Shown here piece by piece: positions 1 to 9,880 of a stretch of 25,145 nt of DNA. The notes beneath the pieces are model-generated. The model saw only the letters and a program-made list of their open reading frames with translations, did not search any database and was not told where the DNA came from. The stretch lies in NCBI GenBank assembly GCA_034439575.1, contig JAWXAQ010000026.1, forward strand, positions 1 through 25,145. Reading direction: 5' to 3'. Source of the DNA: Leptospira sp. GTDB taxonomy: Bacteria > Spirochaetota > Leptospiria > Leptospirales > Leptospiraceae. The stretch's first letter is position 1. Each line of letters starts with the position of its first letter. The position numbers and the translations under genes are program-made.

Positions 1-2353
1 TGCCCGAAGTTTCCTCATTTGAAGTATTTTTATCAATTGGGCTCACTGACCATTTGAAAGTTTTTCTATCTAGGACTTCTAATTTACTAAATTTATATTC
101 TGCTTTAGTGGTAGTAGTGTTAAAAATTTCTTTTTTACCATCGCTTAACGTTAATTTGTATTGTTTGATTCCAGGAATAGGACTCCATCGGAATTGAATC
201 TCATTTAACTTTGATATGTTGATTGATTGTCCTTCAATTGGTGAAATGAGTGTAACGATCCTACTCACGGGAATATCTACCACTTTTTCTGCAACTTCTG
301 GTAAAATTTGAAATCTGGAAATCGTCTCCGAACTTCTTGCGCCACCTTCACCAAGCCCGACAACTATCCATTCATAATTTCCAGAACTTAACATTTGATC
401 TTTTTCTATCGTATACTCATTTGTTGTTAATGTTTTATTCAAAATTTCTTTAAATTTATCATCTTCTTTGATTAAGATTTTAAACTCATAATTTGGTGTA
501 TTTCCCTTACTCCACTGGAATTTAATCGAGTTTACATTTGACGGCAAACTCGTGTTTGGTTTTGGAGAATATAACTTCAGACTTTCAGGAGTATAACGAA
601 TGCTAAATGAATTGACAGAGGATGTAAGATAAGGTTCCCCTGCCGCAGAATTTAAAGACACTCGCCAATAATAAGATCCAGCATTTATCTCTTTTAGAAT
701 GTATCTATTGTTTGCGACGGGTACATTTTTTATTACTTTCTGAAAGTTCTGATCTTCAGAAATTTGTAATGAGTATTTCCCATTAATAGGAAGTTTTTCC
801 CATGAAAACAATATACCTTTACTCGTGACTTCAGTGGCTGGTATATTGGCAGATACTTCAGGTGAAAAAGTTTTTAATGAACTTATGTCTTTAACATCAA
901 AAATCGAAACATTTGAAAAATCTGTTTCTTTTCCATCAGAAGATTTTCCAGAGACTCGCCAGTAATACGTTCCAGAATTTAATTTTTCTTTAAGTTCAAA
1001 AAAATTTGAAGTCACATTTTTTTTCACTATTATAGAATCAAAACGAGGGTTAGTTGCTAATTGAAATTCATAAGCATTCAATGAAGTTTCGTTTGACCAA
1101 TTGAACAATATTCCTTTTTTCTCAATCAAAATAGAATATGTAACTGATTTTAAACCTGGATTGAAAAGTTTGGGTGGTTTTGCTTTTTCTGGATCAACCA
1201 CTTCAAAACTTTGATTTCCTGAAAATACGTAAGCCGATCCCCCAGAGCCAGTTGGTAAATTTGCACCCACTCGCCAAAAATACTTACCTTTGTTAATTGG
1301 CAGTGAAACATAATTAACGGTCGAAACGGAAGACTGAACATTCGCCGCAAATTCTGGATCCGGTGAAATATCTAATTTATAATTTGATGCGAGGTCACTT
1401 TTTGTCCAAGAAAAGCTGATGTAAGCTGTCGATCCAGGTACTGCCGTTTTGAACCCGTTAGATGGTGAAATCTGATTGACAGGACGATTTTGTAAAATCG
1501 TAAATTTTCGAATCGGGCTCGACTCTTTCCCAGATAGAACTCTCCAGTAATATGACCCATCAGCCAAAGAGACGGATACTTGTTTATCGGATGTTTTTTT
1601 GGAAGATATAATTTTCTTAAAATCGCTAGTATGCGATATTTCTAAATTAATATTCGGTAAGGATGCATCTTTCGTGTATTCAAAGTTAACCGCTATACTC
1701 TTTTCCTTGGAAAAAAACCTAGCATTGTCTTGTGGGCTCACAAGTTTCAAATCAACTTTTTTGATTTCCACCTTTCCGGAATCGGCACCGAAGGATGCCT
1801 TTTGGTCGGCACCGATTTTTTGTGCTTCTTTGCCAGAGGAAGATATTTCTGCGAAACCTTTTTCGACTGTCACGCTCAAATCTTTGTTTTCAGTTTTGGA
1901 AAGTTTGACATCTCCATTTCCGACGGAAATAGAATTATCACCTGACTTGATACTCAGGGAGGATGCACCACTGGCACCTTCATTTTTAGCAGACACTGCT
2001 CCATAAGCAAAATCGATACTAGTTTTATCTTCATCTAGGTTGAGAAGAATCATACTGTTTTCGCTTAGATTGATTTTGGTTCCGTCATTTAACGTAATCT
2101 CGGCGTCAGCCTCAGTTGCAGTGCGAATGGAATCTTTGTTATGTAATGGAAAATTTTGTTCTAAATCTTCCCAAACAACATGACTCGCATATTTTCTTTG
2201 AACCGTCCTTTGTTTAAAAGTGATCGAACCAATCACTTTTTCACCTTCGACTTCTATTCTCTTATTAATATCATAATAGAGCAAAGAAGATAAAAGTATC
2301 AAAACGATTACTTGAGCAAATATCCAAATCTTTTCACTGAGACTATAGATCAT
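1..2353 (-). CDS. FecR-domain membrane-anchored protein with tandem FN3/Ig-like repeats (partial, runs off window start)
   Basis: Not in the ORF track because no stop codon lies in the window. ATG at 2353, 5 bp after the cyclase stop. My translation: MIYSLSEKIWIFAQVIVLILLSSLLYYD (TM helix), then the FecR-like segment VIGSITFKQRTVQRK...VVWEDL...NKDSIRTATEADAEITLNDGTKINLSENSMI. Roughly 95-aa repeats follow, ending in GSYYWRVL, GKYFWRVG, GTYYWRVS, GSYYWRVS, GNYEWIVV and KTFKWSVS. The same frame is open at positions 2-60; I translated most, not all, of the interval. Confidence 0.88.
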   Translation of the reverse strand, partial: MIYSLSEKIWIFAQVIVLILLSSLLYYDINKRIEVEGEKVIGSITFKQRTVQRKYASHVVWEDLEQNFPLHNKDSIRTATEADAEITLNDGTKINLSENSMILLNLDEDKTSIDFAYGAVSAKNEGASGASSLSIKSGDNSISVGNGDVKLSKTENKDLSVTVEKGFAEISSSGKEAQKIGADQKASFGADSGKVEIKKVDLKLVSPQDNARFFSKEKSIAVNFEYTKDASLPNINLEISHTSDFKKIISSKKTSDKQVSVSLADGSYYWRVLSGKESSPIRKFTILQNRPVNQISPSNGFKTAVPGSTAYISFSWTKSDLASNYKLDISPDPEFAANVQSSVSTVNYVSLPINKGKYFWRVGANLPTGSGGSAYVFSGNQSFEVVDPEKAKPPKLFNPGLKSVTYSILIEKKGILFNWSNETSLNAYEFQLATNPRFDSIIVKKNVTSNFFELKEKLNSGTYYWRVSGKSSDGKETDFSNVSIFDVKDISSLKTFSPEVSANIPATEVTSKGILFSWEKLPINGKYSLQISEDQNFQKVIKNVPVANNRYILKEINAGSYYWRVSLNSAAGEPYLTSSVNSFSIRYTPESLKLYSPKPNTSLPSNVNSIKFQWSKGNTPNYEFKILIKEDDKFKEILNKTLTTNEYTIEKDQMLSSGNYEWIVVGLGEGGARSSETISRFQILPEVAEKVVDIPVSRIVTLISPIEGQSINISKLNEIQFRWSPIPGIKQYKLTLSDGKKEIFNTTTTKAEYKFSKLEVLDRKTFKWSVSPIDKNTSNEETSG

Positions 2354-2358
2354 ATAAA

Positions 2359-4356
2359 CTACTTATGTGTTCTTGTAAATACTCCATCCCAATCTGCATC
2401 AGGAGGAGAGACCTTATACTCTTCACAACGTTCAATCAACATCAAAGCGGCTTTGTCTTTTCCAAATTTTGATGCTTTGATTTTGTTTGCTTCATTTAAA
2501 GTAGCAATCGCTTTCGAAAAGTTTTTCTTTAAATATAGATCAAAGCCCTTCTCATAAGCTTCCGCACTTTCTTTTAAAATAGAATCTAAATCGGAATGAG
2601 CGGCAATTAATTCAAAAAGTTTAACAGGTTCGTTTTTTCCTTTAACACGTACTAAATCAAGTTTTCGCGTAAAAAGTTCATGATCCACTTTTTCTTTAGT
2701 CGATTCACTGATAAGAATATTGACTCCGTAATCTTTTCCAGCGGCTTCTAAACGTGCTGCCAAGTTAACAGTATCGCCCATCATAGTATAGGAAGCGAGT
2801 GCATCGGTTCCCATAAAACCAACCTTAGCTGGTCCAGTATTTAGGCCAATACGAGCATCCATTTCTCGAGCTTCTTGGGTATAAAGCTGGTTAGTTGTCC
2901 AATATTCGCGTAAATCTTTTAATTTGCGTACCATTGCAATGGACGCGCGAGCTGCTTTCAACGGATGATCTTTCACATCTACCGGAGCATTGAAAATACC
3001 TACGATCGCATCCCCTATATATTTATCCAAAACGCCATCATATTCCTTAAGGATAATGGTCATGGCTGACAAATATTCATTTAAAAGGGCCGCCAAATCC
3101 TGTGACTTTAATTGTTCGCTGATAGTTGAAAAGCCAGCGACATCGGAGAAAAAAGCTGTGATTGGTTTTTCACTACCACGTTTTAATGCGGCCATATCAA
3201 TCATGGCTTCTTGTACCACAACAGGATCGATCATGGAACCAAGAATGCTTTTTACTTTTTCTCTTTCTTCAAGTCCGTGCGCCATGCCGAGGAAGGAATT
3301 TGTCAAAACACCAACCTCATCAGAAGTTGTGGGTCTAATTTGTACATGAAAATCACCACCTTCAATTTGCTTGGTTGCCGACACCAAACGAATAATAGGA
3401 GATGAAATCGTTCTGGAAAAAAAGAAAACGATGATAACGGAAATATTTAAAATGATAAGTAGAATATAAACGTTTCTTCTTTGAATATTATATACCTCAA
3501 CAAATGCATCATCTTCTTTAACAGTTGATACAATGCCAAGACCACCAAGTCCCATTTTTTTGTAAGAGCCTAAGTGAAAGAATCCATCTCGTTCATACCT
3601 CTTTTGACCATTATCCGTTTTACTCTCTAGTAAACTTTTAACAATAGGTATATCAATCATGTTCTTTGATGCAAGAACTACATCTCTATCTGGATGGGCT
3701 AATAAATCAGCCCTTTCATTGATAAGATAAGTTGTGGTAATACCTGCAGACTGGAACGCTTTTAAGAAGTTACTGGCATCCATATAGAGTAAGATCAATT
3801 TCTTTTGACCTGGATTACCGTAGGGAATACTAATACCTAAACATGGACTCAAACAAATAGAGCTTACATTGAGTACAACTGTCGCGCCTGACTCAGATCT
3901 TGTAAAGTCAGCCCCAAATACATCATTCATTTGAGTTAGGGTATCAGCACTTAAATTGTTTTCTGAAAGAAACTTCTCATTTACGATTTTATTCTTAATT
4001 AACAGTTGCTCGCCTTTAGCTTCCGCAATCGCCATGTAAACAAAGTCTTCATTATTTTTGAAAAACAAATCTACGAAAAGTGCAGTTTGTTCTTTCTTTA
4101 AGGATTGGTCCAAAATAATGGCCATATTGTTAATTTTATAAGCTATCGAATAAAATTCATCTTCTACTTTTTGCCCAATAACATCCGCTAGCTGTAAGTT
4201 ATTTTCTTGGATTCTTTTTTCAGAATCGTCCTTAAAATAACGCGATGCCAAAAAAATCATCGCAGATAAACCAGAAATAATAATAAAGGAAATGATGCTG
4301 ATTAGCTTAATTCGGATGGTCATCCGAGATGGCTTAAATTCAGTCTGCTCGTTCAT
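2359..4356 (-). CDS. Adenylate/guanylate cyclase domain protein (TM-Cache-like-TM-HAMP-class III cyclase-TPR-like tail)
   Basis: Two TM helices, a HAMP domain (SSPIIRLV...SDEVGVL) and catalytic motifs FFSDVAGFS, DKYIGDAIV and YTMMGDTVNLAARLE. C-terminal DWDGV tail. I prefer ATG 4356 (AGAGG upstream) to the track's TTG at 4425. Confidence 0.93.
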   Translation of the reverse strand: MNEQTEFKPSRMTIRIKLISIISFIIISGLSAMIFLASRYFKDDSEKRIQENNLQLADVIGQKVEDEFYSIAYKINNMAIILDQSLKKEQTALFVDLFFKNNEDFVYMAIAEAKGEQLLIKNKIVNEKFLSENNLSADTLTQMNDVFGADFTRSESGATVVLNVSSICLSPCLGISIPYGNPGQKKLILLYMDASNFLKAFQSAGITTTYLINERADLLAHPDRDVVLASKNMIDIPIVKSLLESKTDNGQKRYERDGFFHLGSYKKMGLGGLGIVSTVKEDDAFVEVYNIQRRNVYILLIILNISVIIVFFFSRTISSPIIRLVSATKQIEGGDFHVQIRPTTSDEVGVLTNSFLGMAHGLEEREKVKSILGSMIDPVVVQEAMIDMAALKRGSEKPITAFFSDVAGFSTISEQLKSQDLAALLNEYLSAMTIILKEYDGVLDKYIGDAIVGIFNAPVDVKDHPLKAARASIAMVRKLKDLREYWTTNQLYTQEAREMDARIGLNTGPAKVGFMGTDALASYTMMGDTVNLAARLEAAGKDYGVNILISESTKEKVDHELFTRKLDLVRVKGKNEPVKLFELIAAHSDLDSILKESAEAYEKGFDLYLKKNFSKAIATLNEANKIKASKFGKDKAALMLIERCEEYKVSPPDADWDGVFTRTHK

Positions 4357-4658
4357 TGATGCCTCTTTTAAGTTCACACAACCATCACTTTCATACAAGT
4401 TCTTTGATTGTTCAATGTGAGACAAAGTTTACTGACTAGCAAGACAACGCCAACACAATTAAATTTTATACAAGGCCAGATTTAAAAGACTAGCCTCCCA
4501 TTTATCTAAATTGTCTATGAAAAATCCAGTCTTTTCAAATTCTGTAAGTCGAATTATGACGTATTGGCCTAAAAATATAAAATGAATCTGGAGGTATTTT
4601 TAGAATCAAACCAGAAATTGGACAAATGAATCTCGTTCAAAGGAAATTCCAAAATAAA

Positions 4659-5042
4659 TCATTTATAATAAATTTTTATAATTTTGGATTCCCAAAGTGA
4701 AAGCGTAAGGATAATGGATGCATCCACCATAAAGAAAATATTTCCAAATACCGTCGCTTGTTTGAAATAATAAATAAACAAACAGATACATAATAATCCA
4801 TAACTAGCATTAGCAGATACCAATCCATATAGGAAATATTTTTTTGTTACATTCAACAAGGCTAAGGTAATTGAATACAAAGAGAACACTAAACCAATCA
4901 TGGATAAAAGCAAAAACAGATCCAAAGGTAAGTTAAACCAATTGGTAAACACATTTCGAAATAAAAAATTTACTAGAGCGGAAAGAAGTGCCCCTGCCGC
5001 ATCTATCCATAATAAAGTCCGAAGCGATGGAATAAATTTCAA
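4659..5042 (-). CDS. Small hypothetical integral membrane protein (~4 TM)
   Basis: Hydrophobic ORF (LLWIDAAGALLS...). The probable start is TTG at 5042, 1 bp after the upstream stop with GGGG before it, which removes the overlap shown in the ORF track. Confidence 0.72.
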   Translation of the reverse strand: MKFIPSLRTLLWIDAAGALLSALVNFLFRNVFTNWFNLPLDLFLLLSMIGLVFSLYSITLALLNVTKKYFLYGLVSANASYGLLCICLFIYYFKQATVFGNIFFMVDASIILTLSLWESKIIKIYYK

Positions 5043-5043
5043 A

Positions 5044-5727
5044 TTATATAACCCCAAATAAATAATAAAGATAGATTCCCTTGAAGGAAAAATAAACAAA
5101 AAAAACAGAAATCATAATCATCATAAACTCTGCCGTGAGTCCCGTCCCAAGAAAACACCAAGCAAAAAGTATAGATAAAGAAGCAATCAAACTGATAAAA
5201 CATGATACCCATGCTTTATCAATGGATTTGCTAATGGCAATAAACAAAAGTGAGGCGGAAATCAACCCCCATTTCAACCAAGTAGCAAGATATAAATTTT
5301 TCAAATGGTCAGCTGTGTTCATTCCCATTTGTAGAGCAAATAATATCTCGTCTAAAATTTTGTTTTCATATAAATCACTCGGTATTATGCTAAGTGCCAA
5401 GGCCATTCCTGGTAACAAAAATTTTCTACCTTTAGGAAGATCTCCAGCTAACAAGAAAAAAATAAGTCCCGCATAGATAAAAGGGAAAAGCATATCTAAC
5501 TTTTGACCAGCCAACATTTTTTCTCTATTTTTACTTTCAATCTCTCCATTGCCCGTCAAAAAACTCAGTTCATCTGTCGATTGTGCAAGCTCCAAAGCAA
5601 TAACAGGTGTGTGGTAACCATTTTTCAGATTTGCCTCGGCAGGATAAACTAAAAGCATGATACATGAAAAAATCAAAGTCAATAAAGCAAAAATTGCCGT
5701 AAGTGAGTATGTATATTTTTGTTCCAT
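5044..5727 (-). CDS. Hypothetical integral membrane protein
   Basis: 227 aa with several TM helices and motifs PVIALELA, SDLYEN and LKWGL. AGGAG upstream of the ATG. Confidence 0.8.
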   Translation of the reverse strand: MEQKYTYSLTAIFALLTLIFSCIMLLVYPAEANLKNGYHTPVIALELAQSTDELSFLTGNGEIESKNREKMLAGQKLDMLFPFIYAGLIFFLLAGDLPKGRKFLLPGMALALSIIPSDLYENKILDEILFALQMGMNTADHLKNLYLATWLKWGLISASLLFIAISKSIDKAWVSCFISLIASLSILFAWCFLGTGLTAEFMMIMISVFFVYFSFKGIYLYYLFGVI

Positions 5728-5894
5728 GGATCGCTATGGCTCCTAAATTTAATCAGAGGGTATAGAATCTTTAAAATACTTTCGATTCAATAGCAAACAA
5801 AATTTTTATAAATGATAAGGATTCAAAGAAATCAAAAAATCATAGCCAAACAAATAGAAACAAACAATCTGAGAAATTACCAGGAAACACAAAT

Positions 5895-6476
5895 ATGTAT
5901 AAAAAAATAATCTCACTTCTTACGATAGGTTTTCTCTTTGCCTATTGCTCGACATCACCTACAAAAAGTCGAGTTTCAGAGCTCGATTCTATCGAAATTA
6001 AAGGAAAAAGTGTCTTCACAATTTCCATACCTCACTTAACAGAAGCAAGCGAAGTCGGAGCATTTACTTCTGGATTAACACTTGTCACTGGATCCATGAA
6101 AGTTCTTCCAACAGTGCCAGAGGATATCAAAGCAAAAACCAAAGAGTTGGTAGACTCAACTCTTACAGAATCAAATTCAACTGTAGAAACTATAATCACA
6201 GTCGCAAATAAATTAGGAAAGTTTGATTACTTATTACTCGTGACTTCCGAAGAAGCGGATATTGCTACAGTTATTTTCGGAATTCCTATTTCTTCACAAA
6301 AAGGTATGCTAGTAAAAACAAAGTTATATGATGCCTCTGTCAAAGCATTTGTTTCACAAGCTTCTGTTCCGAGCATAACAGCGATTCCTGCAGGGATCCC
6401 AGATGCTGATAAAGCGAAATTGGCTATCATAAGTGATGCGGCAAGAAAAGGTGTAACCACCCTAATCAAAAAATAA
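5895..6476 (+). CDS. Hypothetical lipoprotein
   Basis: Basic N-terminus, hydrophobic core and spirochaete-type lipobox FLFAY-C. AGGA upstream. Confidence 0.8.
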   Translation: MYKKIISLLTIGFLFAYCSTSPTKSRVSELDSIEIKGKSVFTISIPHLTEASEVGAFTSGLTLVTGSMKVLPTVPEDIKAKTKELVDSTLTESNSTVETIITVANKLGKFDYLLLVTSEEADIATVIFGIPISSQKGMLVKTKLYDASVKAFVSQASVPSITAIPAGIPDADKAKLAIISDAARKGVTTLIKK

Positions 6477-6489
6477 AATTTAGAAAATA

Positions 6490-6533
6490 TCTTGCGAAGG
6501 GAAAAATTAATTTTAATTCTTCGCAAGAATTTT
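6490..6533 (+). terminator. Probable intrinsic terminator
   Basis: Perfect 10-bp inverted repeat TCTTGCGAAG (6490-6499)/CTTCGCAAGA (6519-6528), 13 bp after the lipoprotein stop, followed by ATTTT. Confidence 0.55.
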
Positions 6534-6595
6534 ATAGATTTGGTTTTACAAATAGGAAATCAGAATGTTAATCAACAAAATATCGGTATATAATT

Positions 6596-6970
6596 TTGAA
6601 AATATTTTCTAAAGTCCTACTTATCATTTTCGCAGCTTTGTTTTTTTTATCTGCAGCCCTTCAATACAATGACCCTGACCCCATACATTGGATCTTTCTT
6701 TATGGTTTAGCAGCCGTCTTATGTTCAATGGCTGTCTTCGGTAAATTCAATCAAAATCTAGTTTATATTTGTATAGGAGCGACCATCTTACAGGTGCTTA
6801 TCGTAACAGAAGGTACCATTTTATGGTATCTCAGAGGAATGGAAAATATACTTTCCACTCCCATGGCAAAAGATAAACCCTATATCGAGGAAGTGAGGGA
6901 ATTTTTTGGCTCACTGATTGTTTTATTTGCCAATTTGTATTTATTGTATTTCCACAGAAATAAAAAATAA
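6596..6970 (+). CDS. Transmembrane 220 (TMEM220) family protein
   Basis: Family motifs LQYNDPDP..W...Y and EEVREFFG. TTG start. Confidence 0.85.
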   Translation: MKIFSKVLLIIFAALFFLSAALQYNDPDPIHWIFLYGLAAVLCSMAVFGKFNQNLVYICIGATILQVLIVTEGTILWYLRGMENILSTPMAKDKPYIEEVREFFGSLIVLFANLYLLYFHRNKK

Positions 6971-6985
6971 ATACAAATGATAACT

Positions 6986-7576
6986 TTACTTAAACAATGC
7001 GAGTAAATCGGAAAAAGCTTCTCTCTTTATATCTTTGGGCATCAAAAATTGAATTTGTGTCATAGTTTCATAATTGCCATAAATTTCTATGGCAAGCGGT
7101 GGTACAATACCACTTTGGTTTAAGACCTTATCCATTTGTGGATAAACTTTCATTGGCCCGATCATAAATGACATTTTATTTTTAAAAGGGAAAGTAGCAT
7201 GTAGCGCTTTGTTAGCTGGGACTTTGAATGTTTTGAAATTTTCATACACTTTTGCTAGTTTATCTTTTGGCACTAATTTCAAATCACAAGCTAACACAGA
7301 TCTTAGTTCATCTTCTGGTGTTCCTGGAGGATCAAAATACAGTGAGAGCATGAGACACTTTTCACCAATTTTTTCTTTCCATTCTTTATCAAATTTATCC
7401 CAACTCTCCCCTATCTTTTGGTAGCTTCCTTTATGTAAATAAATCGCTATCTCAGTCGAAGAGAAATCCACTTCGTCAACAGCGATCGATTGGAAACCAC
7501 CTAAGTAAGCATAAAAACTTACAATCAATATTCCGATTGCAACAATTGTTATCCCAAAACGTTTTAATATTTTCAT
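6986..7576 (-). CDS. GyrI-like small-molecule-binding domain protein with N-terminal membrane anchor
   Basis: N-terminal TM (YAYLGGF), HKGSYQKIG, YFDPP...LRS, FMIGPMKVYP, IEIY. Confidence 0.78.
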   Translation of the reverse strand: MKILKRFGITIVAIGILIVSFYAYLGGFQSIAVDEVDFSSTEIAIYLHKGSYQKIGESWDKFDKEWKEKIGEKCLMLSLYFDPPGTPEDELRSVLACDLKLVPKDKLAKVYENFKTFKVPANKALHATFPFKNKMSFMIGPMKVYPQMDKVLNQSGIVPPLAIEIYGNYETMTQIQFLMPKDIKREAFSDLLALFK

Positions 7577-7669
7577 ACTATTTATCTATTTGATTCCTTT
7601 AATTTGATTCTAAATTCTTTTGTTTTCAATGATACAAAAAACATGATTTCATTTTGTTAAAATCTTTTT

Positions 7670-8623
7670 TTACTTTTTGGGAAGACAATATTTTTTTTTC
7701 CAATTTAGAGTTTTAGAACTCCAGAGGTGATCATAACGCAAACTTTTGGGACCAGGCATTTCTGTCGTATTTGCGAATGCGAAATACTTTAAAACTAGTT
7801 TGCCCTTTATATCTTGATCACAAAATAGACTCCGATGCCAACGAAGTGATAGATTATGTTTTCCTTTTTGCAAAACACTTGTTATTTGAGAGTTTCCGAT
7901 AGGAAGACCAGAGGCAGTATATAAGCTACCTGAAAAATAATAAGTTCCAGTTTTCGCTACTTCGACTTCAAAATTGAGTGCCATATCATTCTTAAGTAAT
8001 TTTTCTTTGAAACTTTTTGGCAAAAGAGAAATATTTAAACTACCATAATTGATAGAATTACTGGCAATAAGATTAAGAGTTTCTTCATTGTATAAAATTT
8101 GGATTTGATAATTGTATGGATCTTTTTGTAAAAGTGCCGTGTCAAAGGAAGCAGTATAAATAAAATCATTGGCAATATCATAACTGCCACCGGTATCAAA
8201 CATTTCAATCCTTTGCAATTCTTTCAACTTACCATTGTTTGTCTCATTTATAGAAACATACAATGGATTCACTTTATTTTTGATCCCTCGAGTATTGATT
8301 ATATAGGCATGGTAGATAATTTTTTCACCGGGATAATAATTATTTTTTTCTGGGTAATGTACAAGCACCGATCCATCAATAAGCGGAGTATTGATTTCCT
8401 CTTTTTTGTAGACTATGGAATGATTTTTTAATGGGTCGGCATATTCTCCATCGATGAAAGGGATTTTTGTGCAATAATCAAACGACTGTTTACTATCAGA
8501 ATTTTTTAGATGTTCATCAGCCCTTGGCATCAAGGGCTCTTCGGAAAATATGCTGTTTAGGTGGGAAAGGCCGAAACAAATCAAAAAAATAAATAAAAAA
8601 TGAATTCGATTCATTCTTTTCAA
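7670..8623 (-). CDS. Secreted beta-rich protein, paralogue of 8629-9768 (choice-of-anchor-X-like loop, Ig-like C-terminus)
   Basis: Signal-peptide-like N-terminus. Colinear motifs shared with the neighbour: VHYPEKNNYYPGE, MFDTGGSYDIANDFIYTASF, GTYYFSGSLYTASGLPIG, EMPGP. Start is TTG 8623 or ATG 8614. Confidence 0.8.
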   Translation of the reverse strand: MKRMNRIHFLFIFLICFGLSHLNSIFSEEPLMPRADEHLKNSDSKQSFDYCTKIPFIDGEYADPLKNHSIVYKKEEINTPLIDGSVLVHYPEKNNYYPGEKIIYHAYIINTRGIKNKVNPLYVSINETNNGKLKELQRIEMFDTGGSYDIANDFIYTASFDTALLQKDPYNYQIQILYNEETLNLIASNSINYGSLNISLLPKSFKEKLLKNDMALNFEVEVAKTGTYYFSGSLYTASGLPIGNSQITSVLQKGKHNLSLRWHRSLFCDQDIKGKLVLKYFAFANTTEMPGPKSLRYDHLWSSKTLNWKKKYCLPKK

Positions 8624-8628
8624 AATAT

Positions 8629-9768
8629 TTATTTTTGTTTTTCTAATTCTTTTTCTAAAGCATCCGCCTTTTCACTGTAAAACGGATCATTAAAAGGCTC
8701 ACAAGTAAATTCTTTCACATTGTAAGGGCCAGTCTCATATACATTTTCCAATCTTTGCCCTCTAGGCCCTGGCATTTCTGAAACATTGGCGATTAAAAAA
8801 TACCGCATTTGATATGGCCCATTTTCACCCACGTCACATAATAGTTTCCCATACCATTTCAATTCAATATTTTGAACCCCAGGCTGTAAGGTTTGTCTAG
8901 ACTGTGCGCGACCAATTGGACTTCCAGATGAAGTATATAAACTCGCTTGAAAATGATAAGTTCCTGCTTTTTCAATTTTTACGGATTGTGTGATGATTAA
9001 ATCTATTCCAGAAGATTTATCTCCAAAACCAAAGGGGGGCCCTGAGCCAAGTGTTCCAAAGTTGAATGAATTTGTAGTTACTAATTCTTTTTTTGGTTCA
9101 TCATATTTTAATATGATCATATAATTATGAGGCACATCTTTGAAACCAGAAGTGGAAAATGTTGCTGTATAAATTAAATCGCCATCAGTATCATACTTTC
9201 CACCATTATCTTTCATCGTTTGCACAGATAAAATTTTACCATTGATCCCACCACTTTCGCTCAATGTCGCAGTAAGTTTGGAACTTGGTTTAATTTTGTT
9301 TCCAGCACCATCAACTAAATAGGCATGTATAACAACTGTTTCATTTGGTTGGTAATTGTTTTTTTCTAAATAATGAACCATAAAAGGTCCAGCAGGGAAA
9401 TTTGGATTGTTCACTTTTGCCGGATAAATGGTTGTTTCGTTTTTGATTGAATCATTCGGAACACCATTGATCACGGGAATCGGATCAGAATACTCTGGAT
9501 ACTGGGCAAGTCTTCTGTATTCGCTGATCGTATGTTTCAATGTGTGCTTGGGATCAAGTCTTGTGTCACCATTGGAAAGAATTTCTGGTTCGGATTCATC
9601 ACGTTGCAATGAGAATCCATCCCACATAGAGTTTGAATCCGTTTTTGAATTTGAATTTTTTTCTACCGTTTCGGTTTCGGAAGAAGATTCAGAAAAACTA
9701 AAATAAAGAATTCCGATTAGGATGAATAAACCAGCACCGATAAGGGCATACTTTTGTTTCGCAGTCAT
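8629..9768 (-). CDS. Membrane-anchored beta-rich protein (choice-of-anchor-X-like loop, Ig-like C-terminus)
   Basis: N-terminal TM and Ser/Glu/Thr-rich linker, then VHYLEKNNYQPNE, MKDNGGKYDTDGDLIYTATF, GTYHFQASLYTSSGSPIG, EMPGP. Confidence 0.82.
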   Translation of the reverse strand: MTAKQKYALIGAGLFILIGILYFSFSESSSETETVEKNSNSKTDSNSMWDGFSLQRDESEPEILSNGDTRLDPKHTLKHTISEYRRLAQYPEYSDPIPVINGVPNDSIKNETTIYPAKVNNPNFPAGPFMVHYLEKNNYQPNETVVIHAYLVDGAGNKIKPSSKLTATLSESGGINGKILSVQTMKDNGGKYDTDGDLIYTATFSTSGFKDVPHNYMIILKYDEPKKELVTTNSFNFGTLGSGPPFGFGDKSSGIDLIITQSVKIEKAGTYHFQASLYTSSGSPIGRAQSRQTLQPGVQNIELKWYGKLLCDVGENGPYQMRYFLIANVSEMPGPRGQRLENVYETGPYNVKEFTCEPFNDPFYSEKADALEKELEKQK

Positions 9769-9814
9769 GTAAGGTTCCGTCTTTGGAAAAAGTTTTTAGA
9801 AAATACTGGGGATG

Positions 9815-9863
9815 AAATAAATAAACCTATAATCTTTCCATAAGTTCAAGAAAGATTATAGGT
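9815..9863 (-). terminator. Intrinsic terminator or mRNA-stabilising hairpin inside the hydrolase operon
   Basis: Perfect 14-bp stem ACCTATAATCTTTC (9825-9838)/GAAAGATTATAGGT (9850-9863) with an 11-nt loop. It is followed on the minus strand by TTATTTATTT and lies 17 bp after the hydrolase stop. Confidence 0.75.
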
Positions 9864-9880
9864 GGTAAGAGAAAAATATT

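Noticed and set aside
1150-2557. Track ORFs 1150-1350, 1372-1560, 1599-2006, 1730-1945 and 2312-2557
   Set aside because: Alternate-frame or antisense shadows of the FecR-repeat gene and the cyclase.
4579-4634. Direct repeat AAATGAATCT in the cyclase upstream region
   Set aside because: Short, AT-rich and only two copies, so compatible with chance.
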